From an uncultured candidatus Brocadiaceae bacterium (GTDB taxonomy: Bacteria > Planctomycetota > UBA1135 > UBA2386), in contig CAYYAQ010000001.1 of the NCBI GenBank assembly GCA_964469555.1, positions 58,141 to 122,140 of the forward strand: a stretch of 64,000 nucleotides of DNA, written 5' to 3'. Of the stretch, positions 36,109-45,154 are shown piece by piece; the first letter of the stretch is position 1; every line of letters starts with the position of its first letter. Under the pieces are notes generated by a model. The model worked only from the letters and a program-made list of their open reading frames with translations, had not been told where the DNA came from and did not search any database. The position numbers were made by a program, and so were the translations under genes.

Positions 36109-36476
36109 TCAGCGGTGGTTCTCGGCCCCGAACTTGACCCTGTGGATGTCGTCATCATCCAGGATCTTCTGGAGCTTCGGCTTGTAGTTCGCTTCGTACT
36201 TCTTCAGCGCATCGCTGGAAGGCAGGCGCTTTACCAACATGTGCTCCTTCATCCAATCGTCGATGTCCCACGTGCAACCGTCGACTTCGCCGTACCAGAA
36301 CCCCGTCGTTCTCTCCGAGGTCTCTCCCGCATCCAACTCTGGCAGCAAGGACAGGTCCAGAATGAGTCTTGCCTTCTTGCAGACGAACTCTCTGGACTTC
36401 TTCTCTTGAGATGGAAGGTGGCCGGTGATCAGGCCGCGAGCAGGCCGGCAAAGAGGAAGGGGGCAACACTGTTCAT
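36109..36476 (-). CDS. small secreted hypothetical protein with an apparent 1-nt frame disruption after the signal peptide
   Basis: ATG 36476 gives MNSVAPFLFAGLLAA and then TGA. The -1 frame continues LITGHLPSQEKKSREFVCKK...WYGEVDGCTWDIDDWMKEH...HRVKFGAENHR*. Confidence 0.35.
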
Positions 36477-36642
36477 GCGAGACTTTCTCCAAGAGCAACC
36501 ACGGATCATAGCCGTGCAGGATCCGCCGCGCGCCCAACGCACGCCCTCGCCAAGCCCCTCTGCGACAGCGGTCTGGCCTACTACGCGCGACTACGTAGGC
36601 GCGAATTTGGTGGAAACTCGAAAGGTCCTCGGTACGTGAAAG

Positions 36643-36672
36643 CACCCGCGCGCGAGTTTCGCGACGCGGGTG
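36643..36672 (-). terminator. putative intrinsic terminator after the FG-GAP gene
   Basis: CACCCGCG...CGCGGGTG 8-bp perfect stem, followed on the minus strand by CTTTC. Confidence 0.5.
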
Positions 36673-36696
36673 CGTTGGGCGTTCGAACCGGCGGTT

Positions 36697-38340
36697 CTAG
36701 TTTTCCAGTCGCAACGTCGCCGCGTTGCTCGCCATGCGATACCTGCCGTTCGTATCGTAGACGATGAACGCGTGGGTCAGCGTCATGTTGGCGAGCGACG
36801 GGAGCCCTGACGGAACGTTGAACGTCGCGGTCGCCATCCCGGTGTTGTCGAGCTTCCCGCGGAAGTTGCTGAACATCGGTGAGTTCGCGTGGCCGAGAGT
36901 GATCTCGGTATACATGTCGATGTTGAGCGGGATGTGCACGCCGTTAAGCGTGATGCCCGGGTTCGATCCCGTCACGGAGCCGAACACGTGGTAGAGCTTG
37001 TTCGCGTGGGCGGCGCCGGCGGCGAGGGTCATCTTTTGTGCCCCCGCCGTCTTCAGTGAGAGCTTGTGCGTGTCGGTCAACAGCGTGAGTTCCTTTCCGG
37101 AGAACACGCGTGCCATGCCGGTCGAGAGGGCGCTCCCGGTGTCGTCATCGGGTGCGCCGACGATGAAGTCGGCGTAGCCGTCCTTGTTGATATCGCCCAA
37201 GGAGCCGATGGAGGCGCCGAACGCGTCGTTCTTCGAATCGCCGTAGAACACGTCGAGTCGGCTGCCGTCCTTGCCCGAGAATACACTCGCGCTCCCCGTG
37301 CCCTTGGCGAAGCGAGCTCCGACCAGGATGTCTGGGGTGCCGTCCTTGTTGACGTCACCACCGAAGGAGACAGACGATCCGAACCAGTCGCCGGTTGCAT
37401 CGCCCGCGAAGACTCGCAGCAACTTGGTGTCCTTACCCGAGAAGAGGTGTACTGCACCATTGTCGACGTGGGGTCGGTCTTCGCTGCGCGCGCCCACGAG
37501 GATGTCCGGCCTTCCATCGCCGTTCACGTCGGTACCACCGTCCACGGCCCACCCAAACCTGTCATTGTACTTGAGTCCCACGAACGTGTGGAGGGGTGCG
37601 AACGTCTTGCCCGAGATGATCGTGACGGTTCCGAGTCCCTTTTGGGCTTCGGGTGCGCCGACGAGTATGTCGGGGGTGCCGTCGTTGTTGACGTCGCCGG
37701 CGCCACTCACGGAGAATCCGAAGCGGTCCATGATCTTGGCGCCGTTGATGCGCGCGAGCAGCTTGCCGTCCTTGCCCGAGACCACCTTGACGTAGCCTGA
37801 CAGGCCGACCAGGTTGGGTTGAGGCGCGCCGACCACGACGTCGGGATAGCCGTCGCCGTTGATGTCGCCGATGCCGTCGACCGAGTTGCCGAACTGGTCA
37901 CCGCCGATCTTGCCATCGATCGTGAGGAGAATCGAACCGTTCTTGCCCGAAAACACGCGGGCAAATCCAGGGGCCTTGCCTCAACCACAGTCCTCGGGGG
38001 CACCGACGATCACGTCATCGTAGCCGTCCTTGTTGATGTCCCCGGCTGCGCCGACAGCTCGACCGAACGTGTCGTCCGTATTGATGCCACGCAGGTTGAG
38101 GAGGACCTGACCGTCCTTTCCGGAGAACACCGTGGCGAATCCGATCTTGCCGATCTCGTCGCCGCCGACGATGAAGTCTGGGTAGCCGTCCTTATTGACG
38201 TCGCCGGCGCCGCTGACGCCCGCGCCGAATTGGTCGAATTGTTTGCCGCCGAAGACGGAGCAGATCTTGTTCTGTGCGGTGATCCCCGTCGCCAGGAGCG
38301 CGCCCATGGCGAGGGATGGGATTGTGGGACGAAGTTGCAT
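36697..38340 (-). CDS. secreted FG-GAP repeat (integrin-alpha-like beta-propeller) protein with a single in-frame TGA at codon 120 (37983-37981)
   Basis: Signal peptide MQLRPTIPSLAMGALLATGITAQ. Seven G-D-(V/I)-N-x-D-G-x-x-D ... VFSGK repeats. Track ORFs 37981-38601 and 36697-37956 are in the same frame and the repeat continues across the TGA: VIVGAPEDCG-[TGA]-GKAPGFARVFSGKNG. Confidence 0.7.
37942..37965 (-). promoter_or_regulatory. hairpin 16-39 nt downstream of the FG-GAP TGA (possible SECIS-like element)
   Basis: UUUGCCCG-cguguuuu-CGGGCAAG: an 8-bp stem including one G-U pair, and an 8-nt loop with G at the second position. Confidence 0.3.
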
Positions 38341-38399
38341 GGTAGATTCCAGTGAATGGGAGGTGGAGGGCAGCCCGACGCGGTAACGGCCTGCAGCAA

Positions 38400-38961
38400 T
38401 TGTAGCACAGGATAATTGTAGCTCAGGGTCCATCCTTCGAGAAGAGCCTCCAGCCCCCTTGTCCCGTGTCGATCGCGGCATCGGCGCAACGCAGCCACGG
38501 ATTCCTCGGATCATTCTCTCGCCCGACTGGAAGAAGGTCTTTGGCCAACAGTACAGCTTGAAGTGCCGCAGGAGCGTCGTACGCACCGCGAGCGCTCGCA
38601 ATGTGGTTTTGTCCGTGGCGATCTTCAGCCATGAGGTCGGCGTCCGCGAATCGGTCGAGACTCTCGATCTCCGTCTCGAAGTGCATCTGGACGCCCAGGT
38701 CCCGACACCGTTCCTGCAGGATCGTGAGCAACTTCTTTCGACTCAGCCCGCAGAAGCCGCGCCCCGTCGACGTCACGCAGTTTCGGCGTAGTAGGTCTCG
38801 ATGTTGTCCAGCGTCTCGTCCGAGAACACCACACCCCAGCCAAGCGTGTCGTCGTGGCGGTTGCGCTCGAAGACCTGGATGTCGGCGTCCGGATACGCCT
38901 TCTTCATCAAGATGCTGAAGAAGAGGCCCGCGGGGCCGGCACCGATGCTGACGATCTTCAT
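38400..38961 (-). pseudogene. decayed remnant of an FAD-dependent monooxygenase
   Basis: An intact N-terminus [21 protein letters not shown]...FERN...LGWGVVFSD ends at a stop after 62 aa. The next frame has GRGFCGLSRKKLLTILQERCRDLGV...ADADLM, and a third frame has RHFKLYCWPKTFF. About 30 aa are missing between the blocks, and the C-terminal half is absent. Confidence 0.6.
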
Positions 38962-38970
38962 GGTCCAGGT

Positions 38971-40386
38971 TCAGGCATCGCGAAGTGTCGCGAGCATCTC
39001 GCCGATTCCGGTGAACTTCTGCCGAACCCGTCCGTCGGCCTCGCCGCGTTCCTTCTCGATCTTGTCGAGTAGCTGCCAGTCCGAATACGTGACGAATCGG
39101 ATATTGCGTTCACTCAGCAGAGCGACCATCTGTCCGCTCCCGTCCGCGGGCAGCTCCTCAGCCGTCTGTCCGGCGAGGTCTTCGACCATCTTCTCGACCG
39201 TCGCTTTCGAATCCGGACTGTTGGTGCCGATCAGGCCCGATGGTCCGCGCTTCGACCAGCCGACGACGTACTGGTTCGGCACCACTGTGTCGTCGTCCGC
39301 AGAGGCGACCACGCGACCATCCTTGTTCGGAATGATCCCCCAGCTTTGATGGAAGGGCACGCCGGGAATCTCGATGCCGCGATAGCCGATGGCCTTGAAC
39401 ACTATCTGCACGGACTCCTCCGCGTAGGAGTCGAGAGCCCGCGGCCTCGGCGTCCCATCCTTCGACTCGTACAACTCATTGCGTTGCAACCGCACGCCGA
39501 CGAGCTTGCCGTTCTCCCCGAGCAACTCGATCGGAGACACGAGCGACTGGCAGTGAACCTTGCGCTCTTGGTCCCCGGCGCCGGTCTTCGACGCCTCCGT
39601 CAGGAAGTTCAGGTTCTTCGGCGCGGTTTTCGGGGCGGCGCCGCTCTCGAGCCACTTTGCCGTCACCGGGTCGACGATGACACTTTCGGGATCGACGACG
39701 AGGTCGACGCCGTCGAGCTCGGCGATCTCGGCGATCTCCTTTGGCGAGAAGGCGGCCTGCGCCGGACCACGGCGACCGAGGAGGATCACTTCGCGTATCT
39801 TGCTCTCGCGCAGGGCTGCCAACGCGTAGTCTGCGATGTCGGTCGAGGCGAGGTGATCGGGGTCTTGGATGAGCACCCGGCACACGTCCATCGCGACGTT
39901 GCCGTTGCCGACGACCGCGACTCTCGTCGAGTTCGCGAGGTCGAACTTGCAGTCCCTGTAGTCGGGGTGGCCGTTGTACCAGAACACGAATTCCGTCGCG
40001 GATACGCAGCCTTCGAGGTCTTCGCCTGCGATGCCGAGGTCGCGCGAACTCTCGTTGCCCACGGCGTAGATAATCTGGTCGTAGTGCGCGGTGAGGTCTT
40101 CGACCTGGATGTCGCGCCCGAGCTTGACGTTGCCGAAGAACCGGAAGTTCGGGTGGGCCGCCGTCTTCTCGTAGACCCGGATCACGTTCTTGATCTTCTG
40201 GTGGTCTGGCGCGACGCCGCCGCGCACGAGTCCGTATGGCGTGGGCAGCCGATCGAACACGTCACAGCGTGCGTCGAGGCCGTCGACTTTGAACAGGGCG
40301 TCAACCGCGTAGAACGCGGACGGACCGGAACCGATGACTGCTACCCTTAGCGGGCGGGGGGGGGTGCCGATGGGAGATTCTGACAT
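38971..40386 (-). CDS. fprA: NADPH-ferredoxin reductase, adrenodoxin-reductase (FprA) type
   Basis: 471 aa with VAVIGSGPSAFYA, LPTPYGLVRGGVAPDHQKIK and VVGNGNVAMDVCRVL. Colinear with mycobacterial FprA as I remember it. Confidence 0.8.
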   Translation of the reverse strand: MSESPIGTPPRPLRVAVIGSGPSAFYAVDALFKVDGLDARCDVFDRLPTPYGLVRGGVAPDHQKIKNVIRVYEKTAAHPNFRFFGNVKLGRDIQVEDLTAHYDQIIYAVGNESSRDLGIAGEDLEGCVSATEFVFWYNGHPDYRDCKFDLANSTRVAVVGNGNVAMDVCRVLIQDPDHLASTDIADYALAALRESKIREVILLGRRGPAQAAFSPKEIAEIAELDGVDLVVDPESVIVDPVTAKWLESGAAPKTAPKNLNFLTEASKTGAGDQERKVHCQSLVSPIELLGENGKLVGVRLQRNELYESKDGTPRPRALDSYAEESVQIVFKAIGYRGIEIPGVPFHQSWGIIPNKDGRVVASADDDTVVPNQYVVGWSKRGPSGLIGTNSPDSKATVEKMVEDLAGQTAEELPADGSGQMVALLSERNIRFVTYSDWQLLDKIEKERGEADGRVRQKFTGIGEMLATLRDA

Positions 40387-40460
40387 GAGCGGGTGGAGAT
40401 CTTCGAATCGGAAAGGCTCGCATGAGCGTTCGGGCAGGGCAAGAACCTGCGCGAAGAAGA

Positions 40461-42083
40461 TCAGGCTGGATCGTCCAGCAGCGCCCGGAGTTCGAGGGCG
40501 AGAAGCTTCGGTTCCAGGGGCTTTTGCATGAACCGCGACCGCGGTACCTGGTTGCCCACGTCGTTTTTCGGCGGTAGTCCTGATATGAACAGCACGGGGA
40601 TGCCCGCGTTTTGCTCCCTGATCCGCTCCGCGAGTTCAACGCCGGTCATTCCTGTCATCGCCAATTCCGTGACCACCGCGTCGAATTGGCGGTCCGGATG
40701 GCTGAACGCGCTCTCCACGGAGTCTGCCGTCATCACGTCGTAGCCAGAAGCGCGGAGGATGCGATCCACCACGTGTCGCACCTGATCGTTGTCCTCCACG
40801 AGCAGGACCTTTTCGCCGGCGCCGGGGCGTCCAACCGGTTGCTGCGAGGCAGGGGGAATCAGGTCCGACCAGGGCAGGTAGAGCGTGAACTGCGCGCCGC
40901 GACCCGGGCTGCTCACGACGAGGATGCGGCCGCCCATCCTGGCCATCGCGCTCTGCACCGAGTTCAAGCCGAGGCCCGAGCCCCCGCCGGGTCTCTTGGT
41001 CGTGAAGAACGGTTCGAAGACCCGTGCCATCGTCGCCTCATCCATGCCCTCGCCGTCGTCGGACACAGAGACGACAACGTACGGTCCCGCGCCGATTCCC
41101 ACGCCGTCGATCACGGTGTCCTCCGGGAGATTCTGACGGTGGGTTTCGAAGATCAGCGACCCGCCGTTGGGCAGGGCATCGCGGGCGTTCAAGGCGAGGT
41201 TGAGGATGATCTGTTCGATGGCACCGTCTGGCGCGAACACGATGGGGTTCTCGGCGTCGAGTGATTCCTGGAGAGAGATGTCCTCCGGGAAGATCGGGGC
41301 GAGATCTTTCAGCGTGTCGTGGATGACGTCGTGCACGTTGAGTGGCCTGGGATTCTTCAACTGGCGCCACGACAGGCCCGTGAGCTGGAGCGTCAACAGT
41401 TCGGCGTGTCGCGTCGCCGCCAGGATGGCTTCGAGACCCTCCGCGGTCATCTGCTTGTCGTCCCCGTCTTCGCGAATCTGATCGGCGTAGCCGCGGATGA
41501 TCGTCAGGATGTTGTTGAAGTCGTAGGCGATCCCGCCCGACATCCTGCTGATCGTCTCGAGTTGCTCGGTCTTCAGCTTGCTCTGTTCGAGCTGCTTGCG
41601 CATCGTCACGTCGCGCGCCATGCCCTGGATCACGGTGACCTTTCCTGTCTCCGGCAACCCGTGCGAACTGAGTTCGAGGATCCGGTTCTCCTTCGCCCCG
41701 GAGGTCGGGTCCTGACCGGTGATGCGAATCTGCGTCGTCCCTGGCGAGTGATGTTGGATCACCTTGTCGAGATGGTCCGCGAAGAGCGCGCGCGCTTCTT
41801 CGTCCGCCGCGAGGTTCGCGAAGTGGGTGCCGACCATTTCATCCCGCCGTTTTCCAGAGACCCGTTCGATTGACTGGTTGATCGTCTGAATCACGCCTTC
41901 GGGGCTGAGCGTGAACAGGATGTCCCGAGCGTTCTCGAAGAGGTTGCGGTAGCGACTCTCTTCCACTGCGAGCCGCGAGGTCCGTTCGACTTGCCGCCGC
42001 CACTTGACCAAGAGCCAGATTGCGACGATTGCAAGTACCGGCAGGAACGTCAGCGGGATCCAATCCGGGATGGTTGTCAGCAC
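40461..42083 (-). CDS. hybrid sensor kinase/receiver with both phospho-acceptor positions substituted (H to Y, D to E)
   Basis: 540 aa with an N-terminal TM and a PAS-like region. The H-box reads GGIAYDFNNILTII. ATP-binding boxes are intact (LNLALNARDA, DDGEGM, GSGLGL). The receiver has VLLVEDND, AVVTELAMTGMTG, FISG and QKPL. Confidence 0.85.
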   Translation of the reverse strand: MLTTIPDWIPLTFLPVLAIVAIWLLVKWRRQVERTSRLAVEESRYRNLFENARDILFTLSPEGVIQTINQSIERVSGKRRDEMVGTHFANLAADEEARALFADHLDKVIQHHSPGTTQIRITGQDPTSGAKENRILELSSHGLPETGKVTVIQGMARDVTMRKQLEQSKLKTEQLETISRMSGGIAYDFNNILTIIRGYADQIREDGDDKQMTAEGLEAILAATRHAELLTLQLTGLSWRQLKNPRPLNVHDVIHDTLKDLAPIFPEDISLQESLDAENPIVFAPDGAIEQIILNLALNARDALPNGGSLIFETHRQNLPEDTVIDGVGIGAGPYVVVSVSDDGEGMDEATMARVFEPFFTTKRPGGGSGLGLNSVQSAMARMGGRILVVSSPGRGAQFTLYLPWSDLIPPASQQPVGRPGAGEKVLLVEDNDQVRHVVDRILRASGYDVMTADSVESAFSHPDRQFDAVVTELAMTGMTGVELAERIREQNAGIPVLFISGLPPKNDVGNQVPRSRFMQKPLEPKLLALELRALLDDPA

Positions 42084-42229
42084 GGTCGGTTCGAGTCTGC
42101 GAGACGAGGGTGGGGTGACGGGTCAGGCGAGCTTACCGACGGTGCCATCCCGGCGCGACGTAAGGCGCGATGAAATTGCATCGCGCCCGGCGCGGTCTCC
42201 GCTAGGATCCCCGGCCCGAAAGAACAGAA

Positions 42230-45145
42230 ATGTTGAAAGCCTTGAAGACACTCGTCGCCGCGACCTCCTTGTTTCTTCTCGTGATTCTCCTGCAGGTGCC
42301 GTGCGCCGCGCAGGAGCATCCGCATGCAATGACGTACGGCCCGGCCATGGCCGGGACGTGGCAGGCCCTCTGGCCCCGCGACAACTTCGCGCTCAAAGGC
42401 GTGTCCATCCGCGTGGGGGGTGCTGAATCTTCTGCCCAGGTGATCTTCGATACTGAGTTGCTGCGGGTGTCGGCGATCGCGTTGGACTACCGCCAGGAGC
42501 TGCGCGGCACGGCGTACGACGGCGCGCACGGTCCCGGGCTCAAGATCGTCGGCAACCAGGTGCTGGCGACGCCAGTCGGTCCGGGCTGGGCATTTGCGGG
42601 GAGCTTCAACGATCCGCGATCGATCCCGCACGGCCCGCTGCCCAAGACATGGGGGCGATACAAGGGTCTGTACCTGCATGGGCAGAAGGTCGTCTTGCGC
42701 TACGACGTCGGTGGCTGTGACGTGCTGGAACACTTCGAGGTGTCGGGCAAGGGCGACGGTCGTCTGCTCACGCGGATCCTCGATCTCGGAAAGAGCACGA
42801 AGCGGATGACCATGATGGTTGGCCTGCGTCAAGGGGCGCAGCCGAAGGTGATCGGCACCAACCTCGTCGTACTCGAATACGAAGTGAAGGCCACGGGGAT
42901 CGCGTCGATCGAGAAGGCAGGCCGAGTCTGGACGGACCTCGCGATGGGCGCGCCGTCGAACAACGACTACGCGGATGCGCGCAGTGGCAATGGCGTCGAG
43001 ACGCGATTTGTCGAGGGCTTCGGCAAGCCCGACAAGAAATCCGGCGCGAAGGGCAGCAACCTGCCGCGACTGCACGACGGGTTCGCCGCTCGCAACGCCG
43101 ACGACAGGGATCGCACGACGTGGTTCCGTGGTCGTGGCCCAGCCCGCATGGTCACCGATCTCAAGAAGACGATCCACATCGGCCAGATCAACACCTTCTC
43201 GAGGCACCGCAACCAGCGGGCGCCGCAGCGCTACATCTTGTATGGCAGCGACGCCGCCGAGGTTCCTGACGCAAAGGCCAAGAACCCGATGAGCGTTGGT
43301 TGGAAGATGATCACCTCGGTCGACTCGCGCGCTCTGGGCAATGGCGGCATGCACGGCGTGCGCCTGGCGAAGGGCGAGGGGGCGATTGGACAATACCGCC
43401 ACCTGCTGTGGGTCAGCCGGCACAAGGAGACGTTCTTCACCGAGTTCGACATCTACGACGCCGAAAACAAGCCGAGGAACAGTTCACCCGGTCGTCGCGG
43501 TTCGTACGTGACCGGCGTGGCATTGTCCGCCGCGCCTGCCGGTGCGAAGCTCGAAGTCGCTGACGGCTCGGTTCGGCTGAAGTTGCCGGCTCGAGGGTCC
43601 CGCGAGCAGCTCAAGCTCGTGTTCTTCGACTGCTCGGGTCATTCGTTTGCGAACGTCAAGAAGAAGGTCGCAGCCCTGGCTCCCGCGACTTCGCTCGCGG
43701 CGATGACCAAGGGCGGCCCCAGGCGTTGGCCCGATGGCGTGAGGACCAAGGGTGCTCTCGGTCGTGGCAAGGGCGCGTACGTCGTCGACCGGCTGGGTAT
43801 CCCTTCCGACGGCGAGACCGCCTCGCACCTGCGATTCGGCGGGTTCGACTTCTTCTCGGACGGTCGCGCGGCGCTCTCGACGTGGAACGGCGATGTCTGG
43901 GTGCTTTCCGGGATCGACGCGAAACTCGAGAACTTGAAGTGGAAGCGCTTCGCGACGGGTTTGTTCGATCCGCTCGGGCTCAGGATCGTCGATGACGTGA
44001 TCTACACGCTCGGTCGCGACGGCATCAACCGATTGCACGATCTGAACGGCGATGGCGAGGCTGACTTCTACGAGTGCTTCAACAACGAAGTGTTGATGAC
44101 GAAGAGCTTCCACGAATTCGCGTTCGATCTGCAGACCGACAACGAGGGCAACTTCTACTTCTCGAAGGGTGGCCCCGTGCGCCCAGGCGGTCGTGGCTTC
44201 GACACTCTCGTCCCGCATCACGGTTGCATCCTGAAGGTCAGCAAGGATGGCTCGAAGCTCGAAGTGTTCGCGACAGGTCTGCGTGCGCCGAACGGTATGG
44301 GGGTCGGCCCGAATGGTGAGGTCACTTCGGGAGATAACGAGGGGACGTGGGTCCCGGCTTGCCGACTCAACTGGATGAAGAAGGGCACGTTCAACGGCTG
44401 CGTCGACACGGCGCACCTGCCGACGAAGCCCACGATGTACGACTACCCGATCTGTTTCATGCCGATGCGGATCGACAACTCCGGTGGTGGCCAGGTGTGG
44501 GTGACCACGGACAAATGGGGACCGTTCGAGGGCGATCTCCTGCACCTGTCGTACGGCAAGTCCACGCTCTTCAAGACCATGCGCGAGGAAGTCGACGGCG
44601 TCACCCAGGGTGGCGTCACGCCGTTCCCCTTGAAGTTCACGTCGAGCGCCATGCGGGCGCGGGTCCACCCGAAGACCGGGCAGTTGTTTGTCTGCGGCTT
44701 CCGCGGTTGGCAGACGAACGCAGTGAAGATGACCGGGTTCGATCGCGTGCGCTACACCGACAAGCCGGTGCGGATGTTGACGGCGCTGAAGACAGCCAAG
44801 GATGGCGTCTACCTGACGTTCACCTGCCGGCTCGACAAGGAGACGGCGGAGGATCCGGAGAGCTACGAGGTCGAGGTCTGGAACTACCTCTGGACGCGGA
44901 AGTACGGTTCTCCCGAAGTCTCGACCGTCGGCGCCGATCCGAAGGCCAACAAGGGCGCGAAGCCGAAGCACGATGCATGGCAGGTCGAACGCGCGACGTT
45001 GCAGACCGACGGCAAGACCGTGTTCTTGAAGCTGCCGGACATCAAGCCGGTGATGCAGATGCGCGTCAAGTTCGATATCGATGCGGCGGACGGCGAGAAG
45101 GTGAAGTCCGAGCTCCACAGTTCGATCCATCGCCTTCCCAAGTAG
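42230..45145 (+). CDS. large secreted beta-propeller protein of the putative membrane-bound-dehydrogenase type common in PVC bacteria
   Basis: 971 aa with signal peptide MLKALKTLVAATSLFLLVILLQVPCAAQ. The central region reads LSTWNGDVWVLSG...GLFDPLGL...DLNGDGEADFYE...GLRAPNGMGVGPNGE. Confidence 0.7.
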   Translation: MLKALKTLVAATSLFLLVILLQVPCAAQEHPHAMTYGPAMAGTWQALWPRDNFALKGVSIRVGGAESSAQVIFDTELLRVSAIALDYRQELRGTAYDGAHGPGLKIVGNQVLATPVGPGWAFAGSFNDPRSIPHGPLPKTWGRYKGLYLHGQKVVLRYDVGGCDVLEHFEVSGKGDGRLLTRILDLGKSTKRMTMMVGLRQGAQPKVIGTNLVVLEYEVKATGIASIEKAGRVWTDLAMGAPSNNDYADARSGNGVETRFVEGFGKPDKKSGAKGSNLPRLHDGFAARNADDRDRTTWFRGRGPARMVTDLKKTIHIGQINTFSRHRNQRAPQRYILYGSDAAEVPDAKAKNPMSVGWKMITSVDSRALGNGGMHGVRLAKGEGAIGQYRHLLWVSRHKETFFTEFDIYDAENKPRNSSPGRRGSYVTGVALSAAPAGAKLEVADGSVRLKLPARGSREQLKLVFFDCSGHSFANVKKKVAALAPATSLAAMTKGGPRRWPDGVRTKGALGRGKGAYVVDRLGIPSDGETASHLRFGGFDFFSDGRAALSTWNGDVWVLSGIDAKLENLKWKRFATGLFDPLGLRIVDDVIYTLGRDGINRLHDLNGDGEADFYECFNNEVLMTKSFHEFAFDLQTDNEGNFYFSKGGPVRPGGRGFDTLVPHHGCILKVSKDGSKLEVFATGLRAPNGMGVGPNGEVTSGDNEGTWVPACRLNWMKKGTFNGCVDTAHLPTKPTMYDYPICFMPMRIDNSGGGQVWVTTDKWGPFEGDLLHLSYGKSTLFKTMREEVDGVTQGGVTPFPLKFTSSAMRARVHPKTGQLFVCGFRGWQTNAVKMTGFDRVRYTDKPVRMLTALKTAKDGVYLTFTCRLDKETAEDPESYEVEVWNYLWTRKYGSPEVSTVGADPKANKGAKPKHDAWQVERATLQTDGKTVFLKLPDIKPVMQMRVKFDIDAADGEKVKSELHSSIHRLPK

Positions 45146-45154
45146 GCACGGTCG

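Noticed and set aside
36429-36431. TGA after the signal peptide of the 36476 ORF as a third selenocysteine codon
   Set aside because: Reading through in the same frame gives Arg/Ser-rich nonsense. The protein-like continuation is in the -1 frame, so an indel explains it better.
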